From a virus (Duplodnaviria > Caudoviricetes), in IMG/VR virus record IMGVR_UViG_3300020371_000052, positions 1-25,010 of that record: a DNA stretch of 25,010 nucleotides; one strand, written 5' to 3'. Below are positions 16,701-23,900 of this stretch, piece after piece. How positions within the stretch are numbered: position 1 is the stretch's first letter; every line of letters begins with the position of its first letter. Both the position numbers and the translations under genes were made by a program. The notes under the pieces are model-generated. The model was not told the origin of the DNA. It ran no database searches and worked only from the letters and a program-made list of their open reading frames with translations.

Positions 16701-19026
16701 CTTCATAACCACCACTGCCTCTATTCTTAACAATAAAGTGTGAGATGGTGTTGTCAGTTGCAATCTTTGCGGAATTATCATCTTCGTCTCTAATTACCTC
16801 TCCCGAAACAAACTTACCAGAAAGAGCAGTAATCATCAACTCATTTCCAGTGGAGAAGGTAGAACCAGAGGATCCTTCAATGACACCATATGCGCCACTA
16901 GTAATACCAAAAATATACTTACCTTTTTCAAAGGTTCCAACAGCAATGTCGGATTCTAGTATAATTTTTGTATAGAATGATGGTGCAAAGTAACCTAGAC
17001 CAAAGATACCGTTGTATGCAGATTGTCCGCCAGACAACTTACCTTTTGATACAACTACATCAGCATCAGGGTTAAAACCAAATCCAGTTTCTTTTAGGGT
17101 ATAGTTTCCTGGTTTTGCAACACCAATTAGGGGAGTTGTAACTTCGGAAAAGTCTTGAATATTTCCAAGAATTGCTGAAGTAGGATTTAATACATTTCCT
17201 TGATCGTCAACACCAGCAATTGCTTCTAGATACAGTTGTCTTCTAGATTCTGTATCTTCGATATCATAAGTCTTAACTAAACCTTTTAGAACTGCTTTAT
17301 CTCCAAGTAAAGTCAGTTCTGCAAATCTCTTTTGTGCTACAACATCGTCTCTTTGCTTGATAGAAAAACCTACCAAGTCAACAGATTTATAAGTGTCTGG
17401 ATAACCACCACTATATGTAAAGGCAAGATATAACTTACCATTTGAGTCGCAGCATTCTTCAAAGGTTAGCGAACCATCAAGAGTTTTATCAACTAAAGTT
17501 GGTGCTGCACCAGTACCATTAGTAATGTCAACAGTTACTGTGACAGTTGCTAAACTGTCACCATATAGTTCTCCTCTTCTATCAACTGAAGCACGAGCAC
17601 CAACACCAGATCTGTTTGGATTTACTGCTGATTTTTGACCAGATGCAAACTCAATGTTTTGACCTACAGTTCCATCATTATAAACATTGTATAATTCTAC
17701 ATCTGGATATGCTGTTAGTTCAGATCCCTCTGCATTGAATGGAATAGATCCATAGACATTAGTAATAGGATATGTTGGAAGACCAGTTGTTTTGAGAGTT
17801 ACGTTTTCAGCGTCTACAGTCTCTCTTGCTTTGTTTACTTCTAGATATTTGGTTTCTTTATTAACAATTTCATATCCTCTAATGTATGCTTTACCAGCAC
17901 CAACATTAGCAACCATCTTTTGGGATGCATCTTGTAATGAAAGACCATTTACTAGTCCATCATCTCCTTGTGCATATAAACCATTATTGCCATCATTCTG
18001 GTAGTATTCTCTGATACCTACATCAAATCTATCTACAACATAGTCACCAGATTCATCATATGTTCTTCTTGCTAAAGTTTCTTCTAGTACGGTATAATCA
18101 GTAGGCTTAATTTGCTTCTGAATTACACCACTCTTAACAGTGAGAATCTTGATAAAGTTTTTATCTGTGGTAGCAGACAGATCATACTTCTCTAGGTTTA
18201 GTTTGATGCTAAGTCTGTGAGCACCAGGAGCAGAGAAGTTTGAAGAACCAATTGCATTATCGTAGAGGCTTGGGTCTTCTTCTGGTGTGACAATAGATTC
18301 TTCTACTCTAAATCCAACAATAGCAGAAGGTGCATTATAATATGGATCAATGATAAAAAGTTCTTCGTCATTACGAACAAAATATCCGTTGACAAAGTAA
18401 ATACCTTCTTCTACTTTAACTGCAGAAGCATAACCCATTGCACGACTTTCAAGAACTGTTACATCTTGAGTATCTGGGTTGACAACACTAACAGTTGTTG
18501 GTAGTACACTACCATCAGTTCCAACAACTAGTAAAGGAGTGTTTACTCCATCCACAACCTCTAGTGTTTCTCCTTGCCTAAAGGTATTCTCATTGCCAGC
18601 ATTACCGCTAGTTAAGTAAGTGACAAAGAGAGTATCTGCTGTAGTTTCAGTCGCAGTTTGTACGGAGACAAGATTAGCAACAACACCAGAAGTTAAACCT
18701 CTTAGTTGTTGTCCGACTAACTGTGAAATATCATATTTTCTATAGACGATAGCGCCACCTTCATTGACTGCTACCTCTGACACAGAAGATAGTTTTACAT
18801 AATCTAACTTATTATTAAGTCCAACCTCTCCAGGAACAATAAGCTCTCCTTGCTTAAAAGCATTTTTTCCAATACTTTCAATTTGATTCTGTAGAACAGA
18901 TTGTAACTGCGTTAACTCTCTACCTTGAATTGAGTATCCAGGACGGAAGAGAATTTTATAAAAATTCTTACTATCGTCAAAATCCTCAAAATAAGGAGAA
19001 ACATTTAGGTTAGTCTTCTGTGGCAT
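10780..19026 (-). CDS. vrlC: VrlC-like / DUF4815 virion structural protein (2748 aa)
   Basis: The N-terminus MPQKTNLNVSPYFEDFDDSKNFYKILFRPGYSIQGRELTQLQSVLQNQIE, internal LARRTYDESGDY, DNRRYTMKDIGKLEKRIERLEYYTTLSVLE, DRFKTGFVVDNF and PLAQTF motifs, and the C-terminal FSSFGIKIVMKSDNPAYVPKIQDMRAVA are hallmarks of this family. It lies in the usual position after gp8. Confidence 0.9.
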   Translation of the reverse strand: MPQKTNLNVSPYFEDFDDSKNFYKILFRPGYSIQGRELTQLQSVLQNQIESIGKNAFKQGELIVPGEVGLNNKLDYVKLSSVSEVAVNEGGAIVYRKYDISQLVGQQLRGLTSGVVANLVSVQTATETTADTLFVTYLTSGNAGNENTFRQGETLEVVDGVNTPLLVVGTDGSVLPTTVSVVNPDTQDVTVLESRAMGYASAVKVEEGIYFVNGYFVRNDEELFIIDPYYNAPSAIVGFRVEESIVTPEEDPSLYDNAIGSSNFSAPGAHRLSIKLNLEKYDLSATTDKNFIKILTVKSGVIQKQIKPTDYTVLEETLARRTYDESGDYVVDRFDVGIREYYQNDGNNGLYAQGDDGLVNGLSLQDASQKMVANVGAGKAYIRGYEIVNKETKYLEVNKARETVDAENVTLKTTGLPTYPITNVYGSIPFNAEGSELTAYPDVELYNVYNDGTVGQNIEFASGQKSAVNPNRSGVGARASVDRRGELYGDSLATVTVTVDITNGTGAAPTLVDKTLDGSLTFEECCDSNGKLYLAFTYSGGYPDTYKSVDLVGFSIKQRDDVVAQKRFAELTLLGDKAVLKGLVKTYDIEDTESRRQLYLEAIAGVDDQGNVLNPTSAILGNIQDFSEVTTPLIGVAKPGNYTLKETGFGFNPDADVVVSKGKLSGGQSAYNGIFGLGYFAPSFYTKIILESDIAVGTFEKGKYIFGITSGAYGVIEGSSGSTFSTGNELMITALSGKFVSGEVIRDEDDNSAKIATDNTISHFIVKNRGSGGYEVSTNGTAGTAGISINGVSFDTSKVNVFGNIDGNVFGIDILNRGVFGQTYSQPPVVTVDAPSSGTITTSAKIDAVLFRNTVQTYTPNDVKSFGCAYGSGGNNLFTADLEASKSPYAKLIPVTDFTFTGGAGSRFLECNGFNGDTTVFLKQGDYIQFTDSAGAAEKVMVAYATKPEGTLKSRIYLDTALAADVVNGSVVKVECNIENSSKGSLLYPTGGNQVASISQSNEDSKISYFYRKDFITEAASSGGNITFTAQLPFGTQRFARFTPENFVMTVLNPGSSTKVATGDVIYLTEANIINESTTDAASGLNAGSIKVNLPQEFFGTSQEPFPTLKLSATLELSKARPRIKSVVRNRRILIKSAGDRIVPLRGENFDTEATNVSTYSDVFKLKYIYEGTSSSPPTIDSAGNLVSGVDVTERFTFDDGQRDTFYDVSRIVLKPGFEAPVGQLVVAFDYFEHSQGDFCTVDSYLHEAGVTLEEIPTFNSAVHGILSLKNVFDFRPKVDSSSFVTGFQDQSSREAILRNFIGEGGVASVVPAPDKNLEFTFKFTQTEFLNRIDGVFLTKRGQFVLKEGNSSQNPTKPELIDDAIPLYYFYVPAFTKNSKDVRILPVDNRRYTMKDIGKLEKRIERLEYYTTLSVLEQQALNMQIRDTIGFDRFKTGFVVDNFETHGIGEISSEDYKCAIDTQQSVLRSPNKEDSFRLEEINTTTDQRFVDGYVRTGDLVTLPYTELEVLGNSFATKTINPNPFVALQYVGEGHLDPQIDSWYDQEVEPVIVDNNTGLYSIFISKDDTTESFSSIFNSFVINWIGSKGTFGSIASFGKTNTDSSIEKVTRASVASSSNVSPDNNEIGKGIATDSDQKGTVATSLKFYARSTAVKFTVQRLKPLTTLYPFLEGNDISRWTCPDSRFTGIAGNSSIGFNAPITTDENGNASGIIIIPGGVPPVENATWTGNIDTVSYDATQPELRIVTGIKTIRFTSSRTNDAKDTVDSYADLKYYALGKLPQNPPTINSTGPAYFKANEGVQKIDSVTDVEIKPNPLAQTFSIESFEGGLFVTSAELYFNKKSTNIPIRVYLTNTEIDKPAKHIIPGAEATLSPNTLIRAYSNGTTTLTVGENIVGSQSACSGPLLKVLDSTNIEVTASADGKVIVSSDQVYTLVLSNHNGREFIQNENLIIDSITEFNNKNNTNLGLTIAKDSGRVTDLIVEATGQSYDSAFLTFESPQLAGGSQASGAVKISEGRIYDASVSLGGSGYTAPPAIVIKGVGSGNGGGVVTAKITIDNPAVRMGVAVDTDGTTNSTIPTKFKFKNPVYLQNGSQYALVIETDSTEYMLWSSRLGETEIVTSSPVTTQPLLGSVYKAQNTDNWTEDLFEDIKFKLNRAEFDTTRGATLKLSTENPGYEYLKLNPYETSGVSDQNATSPLFKLNNKVVKVYHKNHGFEDGGKSYVFYSGADGVGGVSSTQLNTKLFRVTNAGIDSYNITNDTTASNSVKGGGGVVLAAYNRKFERLFPQVNYLSFSDTTVTSSVKTTNIIPVDSDTENYVSYSQTVYEKTFLNEIQYFTNQKVLASRINQVMNNIDRSIEYKIDFNSDITYLSPAIDLSSASVITSSNRIENASGKEDRYGRRDALLRLKEVYSFVLGNLNGQTILSNQEVSIEAIGSTVAGLNGSQAKGTIARVVEVGGDTIVYVRVSTINPFSKNDQLSISGIAGNPTVTSDPVKVTFGGTAGPVIPTVGATVTARNVGFTGIFTAKIEGKVTFFDINSQEITVKNDKKPFGSTTFDQTLAEASVVEPSVARSGESVEDIFRVGDILSYTGQEADESAYWEVKEIEYTDGIDYAPENRFVNSSSIAKYVTKEISIGNPGTSINVKLTANIKDVSDIQVLFRYKESSSQESFDVIEYQFFNGTGLPDFDVVASAENTISSITEKQTSYQELEYSVSDLPEFSSFGIKIVMKSDNPAYVPKIQDMRAVASY

Positions 19027-19030
19027 TGTA

Positions 19031-19037
19031 CTCCGCC
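19031..19037 (-). promoter_or_regulatory. Shine-Dalgarno-like sequence GGCGGAG for vrlC
   Basis: Minus strand reads GGCGGAG-TACA-ATG immediately before 19026. Confidence 0.55.
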
Positions 19038-19060
19038 AAATACTAGCATCTTGTCCCTAG

Positions 19061-19067
19061 TATTTAG
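19061..19067 (-). promoter_or_regulatory. T4-like late promoter CTAAATA for vrlC
   Basis: Plus-strand tatttag at 19061-19067, just downstream of the gp8 terminator U-tract and 35 nt upstream of the vrlC ATG. Confidence 0.75.
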
Positions 19068-19074
19068 TAGAGAT

Positions 19075-19102
19075 AAAAAAAATCCCCCGATCGCTCGGGG
19101 GA
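19075..19102 (-). terminator. Rho-independent terminator after gp8
   Basis: Perfect 8-bp stem tcccccga (19083-19090) / tcggggga (19095-19102) with a GCGA (GNRA) tetraloop on the minus strand, followed by 8 T (plus-strand A run 19075-19082), about 20 nt after the gp8 stop. Confidence 0.93.
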
Positions 19103-19121
19103 CTTAATGATGTGTTTTTGA

Positions 19122-20933
19122 TCAGAATTCAATAACGAGTTTGATATCTTCAATCTGGTCAGGAGCACGAGTGATTAGTCTTCTGTTCTCAATGTAGATG
19201 ATGTCTCCAGAATTGTTAGCAATCTCAGGAGTTCCTAGACCGTTTGCAAGGGTTACACCTTCTAGTGTTCCGTTGTATACAGTATCTACATTACCATCTG
19301 CTGCGGAGTTTCCACCAGTAACGTCTACAGCACCATTTGCTTCAAATGCATATACTGCACCGTTGTGTAGGTGCTCAGCAGGAGACTGGTAATACTTGAG
19401 AATACCATTGGTGGTTGAACCAGCATCTAGTGTCCAAGAAACAACAGTTCCTTTTGCGATGTTTCCATCTGCACGGACTTGACTGATTGGTTCGTCAGAG
19501 ATATAATCTGCAGATGATCCAGTGATCTTAACAGCATACATGCCATTAAGTGTTGAAGAGGTAGCATATGAAGAAGTACCCCAATCATAAGGATCGGTTA
19601 GTAGACCAATACGGCGGAAGTCGTTATCTACAGGGAAGTCACCTGAACCTTCTGCATAGGTTAGGCGAATGTTTGTCATGACACGCTTTGCATTCAGCTC
19701 GATGTCTGCAGCAGCGCCGTGACCGCCCTTAGGAGGAAGTACAACTTCGATTGCACCAGTTGCACCAGCAGGTGTTGCAACACCAGTGGTGGTGCCAGCG
19801 TCACTGTAGAGGTAACCGTTGCTTAGAAGGACGTTTGCATAGGTGTAACCAGATCCACGAGAAGTGACAGTTGCGCTAGAAATAGCACCACCTGCAGTAG
19901 TTACGATTTGAACAATACCGCCAGTACCATCACCTAGGATGTCTGCATATAGAGTCTGTGAAGGAGGTAGGTTTCCACCTGCATCTTCTACTAGTGCAAC
20001 ATCAACAGAACCAGCAACAGCAAGTGCTTCAGTTGCTACTCTGGTTGATTCTGTTGGAAGTACAACAGGCATGAAGTCGGAAGACAAGAACTTAAGTACA
20101 TCATCGGTTGGGAGGGTGTACATGTACTTCCAGACATATCCTGCACCAGAAGTCTCGGTGTAGATACCAGTTGCACCATTGTATCCTGCACCTGCTACAG
20201 AAGGTTCTTCAGTAGCATTTTGACCAGTTGGGTTGGCAGGGTTTTCGCCGTTGTAGAGACACTTGAATACTTCATAGTTAGTATTCATTACATAGAACTT
20301 AGCGTCTGCAATGCTATCATATCCTAGTGCAGTTGACTTACCAATCTGACCACCACCTGCAGGTGATGCAGAATAGTCAGGCTTCCACATGTCGAACTTA
20401 GGATTGGCAACTAGATCCCAGTTATAACGACGAACAACAGCACGGGCATTTGCGTCGGTTACTCTCTTTGCTGCAATGATGTCGTCGTAAATGTCAGTCT
20501 TCTCTACTTGGTTGTCAAGAGGAAGTGGGGGTGCATCTTCAGTTGCATAACGGTATACGCCAGAAGTTGCAGTAACGCCAGTATCAGAAGCACCGTCCCA
20601 TTCTTTGATGGTTGATCCTAAACCAGGAGCAGATGCAGTACCAGCAGAACCGAAGATTGCGCTTAGAAGAATTGAGTTGCTGTATACTGCCTCAACAGTA
20701 CCGCGCCATGTTGCTGTTCCGTAGTTAGTTCCAACATAGAGTTCGTTACCTACTGTGAAAGATCCTCCGTCTACAGAGTAGGTTTCGAGGAATGCTCTCC
20801 AGGGTTGTGGACGACCTACAAAGAAGTAGAGTCTGGTGCGGTCGGCGCTAGCATCGTTTGCGCCTTCACTAAGCGATTCAAGGAATTGCTTCGCATTAAA
20901 AATTCGAAATTTATCAGAGATGATAGCAGCCAT
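19122..20933 (-). CDS. gp8: Baseplate wedge subunit gp8 (603 aa)
   Basis: MAAIISDKFRIFNAKQFLES, LYFFVGRPQPW, FYVMNTNYEVFKCLYNG, GYVWKYMYT, FLSSDFMPV, NDFRRIGLL and SGDIIYIENRRLITRAPDQIEDIKLVIEF are typical T4-like gp8 motifs. Confidence 0.95.
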   Translation of the reverse strand: MAAIISDKFRIFNAKQFLESLSEGANDASADRTRLYFFVGRPQPWRAFLETYSVDGGSFTVGNELYVGTNYGTATWRGTVEAVYSNSILLSAIFGSAGTASAPGLGSTIKEWDGASDTGVTATSGVYRYATEDAPPLPLDNQVEKTDIYDDIIAAKRVTDANARAVVRRYNWDLVANPKFDMWKPDYSASPAGGGQIGKSTALGYDSIADAKFYVMNTNYEVFKCLYNGENPANPTGQNATEEPSVAGAGYNGATGIYTETSGAGYVWKYMYTLPTDDVLKFLSSDFMPVVLPTESTRVATEALAVAGSVDVALVEDAGGNLPPSQTLYADILGDGTGGIVQIVTTAGGAISSATVTSRGSGYTYANVLLSNGYLYSDAGTTTGVATPAGATGAIEVVLPPKGGHGAAADIELNAKRVMTNIRLTYAEGSGDFPVDNDFRRIGLLTDPYDWGTSSYATSSTLNGMYAVKITGSSADYISDEPISQVRADGNIAKGTVVSWTLDAGSTTNGILKYYQSPAEHLHNGAVYAFEANGAVDVTGGNSAADGNVDTVYNGTLEGVTLANGLGTPEIANNSGDIIYIENRRLITRAPDQIEDIKLVIEF

Positions 20934-20969
20934 TGGTTTCTTTTTCCGACGTGTGGTTTATGCCAAAGT

Positions 20970-20994
20970 TATTTATATTTATACCGATATTTAG
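20970..20994 (-). promoter_or_regulatory. Cluster of late promoters upstream of gp8: two overlapping TATAAATA plus a CTAAATA spanning the gp7 stop
   Basis: Plus-strand tatttata at 20970-20977 and 20976-20983 (minus strand TATAAATATAAATA), and tatttag at 20988-20994. Confidence 0.85.
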
Positions 20995-23900
20995 TCAATT
21001 GAATATGGTATGATGTCAGAACCACTTTGGATGGTAGTGGATCCGCTAATAACGGTACATCCATTAAATGTGGTTGGGGTCTTAGATGTGTAACGAATCA
21101 CACCTCTATTGGATCCAGAACCATGGAATATGTATCCAGATGCTGGGAAGTAATCTGTATTTTGTACAGTAATATCTCCAAGAGAAGCAATTGTTCCGCT
21201 ACTAAACGTAGTTGTTGCTGGATTATTGAAAGATGGAATACCTAGATTGAATTTCTCTCCCGCTAATGTATAGTTGGAGAATCCACGTTCTTCTAAATCT
21301 CTAATACCGAAAGATACAAAGAGTTGTGAGAATTCAGCAATTGAAACTCCACCACCAGGCATAAATCCGCTATCTTTGGAAACATAGTCCCAAGAAGAAA
21401 TATTTGCACCCACATTACCAACATTATACTTACCGATATAAGAAGTTTGTTCTTCTTCGAGGATGTTACGTGCAACAATAACCGTTCCATCTCTTTGAGT
21501 TACTGACTTATCGAGAACAGTAACAAATCCATTAATTCTAGTCAAAATTGGATTTGAGAATTTGATTTTCTCAATAAAGTAATCAACAAATCCGCCAGGT
21601 GGTGTGAAGAACAGAAGTTCTGATGCTTTTTCTAGAGCAGAAACAACTTCAGTCTCGACCTGAATAACAGAAGTGTCAACTGTTGCAACTGGTCTAAAGT
21701 TAGTAAAGTCGGAAACAATATTGTTTCCGCCAGCAGGAACATCTAGAGTGACCTGCTGTGAGATAGAAGAAATAGACTCTACGTTTACAGAAACCTGCAA
21801 TTCGGTAACACGATTTACAGTAGTTTCCATTTCAAATGTTGCTGGAGCAACAAATTGTCTGGTTAACTTGTTCTCTGCTTTTCCAACTGGAATAGAATTT
21901 GTAACAATTGTTTCACTAGTGAAGGAAGTTACACCGCCGAATGCAAGACTTACGAAATCTTCAATCTGTCTGATGAATGTTCCAGGATTCCAGTTCTTCT
22001 CTGTAGTGTTATCAAATCCTCTAGTTACGTTGAGGAATCTATCGCTTCTCTTTCTTGGATAGTATACAACTTCATCGCCAACCATAAGTTTGCCATGACT
22101 GGTAAACTTAGCAGTATCTGGAATGTAAACAATGTGATCTCCAATGTTTAGAGGTGCCTGTAGATATGCTCCAGGTGCTCTGTAGACAGCATTGTCTAGG
22201 AAGGTATTGTCAAGTTCTCTCTGAATTGTCTGAACAATAAATCTATCAGTAGACATTTGAGAGATGCTGATAACATCTTCTGCACGTACATCTACAAAAC
22301 TTTGGATGTATCTTTCTGCTTCTTCTGCTTGTCCAGCATAATAAGGTCCAAGATAATAAAAATGTTGTCTGTACAAAGGTGGTACATCTTCTGGCATGAC
22401 AGAAGCACCATCTTCAAGAGACTCTGGGTAAATCTCTTGTTCAATTTGGTCTTGGACATTTCTTACAGAATCTAGAACAACAGCAGTGAGAAGTGCCTGT
22501 TCTGGGGGTGGTAGTTGAATAACATCAACCGTAGAAATAACATTAATTCCTTGATTAATTACAGACTGTACACCCAACTTGACAAGTGATACCTTGATAT
22601 CATCTTGTTTCTTGACATCATACTTTCTGGTAACAACTACCTTAGGTGCTTCTGTGTAACCAGATCCACCAGATACGAGTTGAATACCTTGGATTTCTCC
22701 ACCAGCAACAATTACTTGTGCTCTTGCACCACCACCATTTCCATCTTTTGGAATAAACTTAAGTTGTGGTGGAGTTCTATATCCAAATGCAGTGGGTCTA
22801 TAAAACTTGTAAGTTGTAGTTCCATCTGCATTTGCAATCTCTTCTACAATTCTCTCATTCCAGTTGAGAGCAGTAACAACACCATTTGTAATGACAGCAG
22901 AAACACTAAGACCTTCGCCTAATGTCTTACCATTATAAGATGAGACACCAAATGATCCATAGATGTCATTACCAGCATCACCGTCTAAACGGTTATCTCT
23001 GGTGTAAACTTCATTTGGAACTGAACTGATAGTTCTATATCTAGACTCACCTTCAATCTTAACTTGATCTCCTGGTGCAAGTCTGAAGAATCCTTTTCTT
23101 TGTAGAAGATCATTAGTTCTCTTTACATCTTCAGCAAAGTACGACTTATCTGTTCTAGACAAATAATCATAATTCTTGGTTAATGTAAGACTATCTGTTG
23201 CAGCAAAAGTAAATGTACTAACTGCAGTAGCACCCATAGTTTGAACATATGTTGTTCTAGAAGCATCATAATCAAGATTGTTAGAATACATCTTGATCAT
23301 AACTTGGTTTGCACCAACTAGTTTCCAATCATAGATGGAACCAATACCATAAACTCCATTGGAGTCTTCTTGATAAATGTAGAATTTATCTTTAGTCGTC
23401 AATGCCCAATCACTGGTAACTGCAAAACCATTAAATCTAGCACTTACTCCAGATCCATTTACTTCAAGTGTGTAATCATACAGATATCCAGAAGTATCAA
23501 AATCATGGAATGTTACTGTAGATTCTAAGTCTCTACCATAACAAAGTCTGATGTCAACAACATCTTCTTCGCGTATTGAATACTTCTTGAATGTAATTGA
23601 TGCACCTGCAATTTCATATGCAGTTATTGGTTTTTGAATTACACCATTGACAATAACAATCACATAGTTTGAGTCGCTAATATTTACAATCTTATCTTCG
23701 TCTACACTTACAATCAAGAAAGGACCAACTCTTTCGCCATTAACTAGTGACTTATCAATAGTATAACGTTTGTAGTTACCAATATTGGTGGCAAATAATC
23801 TCTCGACCTGTGATGGTTCTTGAATTGTCTTTGCAGACAAATCTTGATCCCAAATGGGAGGAGCAGTAAACTTGATTAAGTTTGGTGTGACTGTTTTATC

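Noticed and set aside
10780-19026. vrlC as a bacterial virulence factor
   Set aside because: The name comes from the Dichelobacter vrl locus. In T4-like cyanophages this family is a virion structural protein, consistent with its context here.
5230-20993. Stop-codon reassignment (none of the six visible stops is TAG)
   Set aside because: All genes are full length under the standard code with no in-frame TAG, and six stops are too few to mean anything.
957-22922. Many 60-130 aa plus-strand ORFs in the track
   Set aside because: All lie antisense to long minus-strand genes and have Ser/Val/Pro/Thr-rich shadow composition with no recognisable motifs. They are expected by-products of codon bias.
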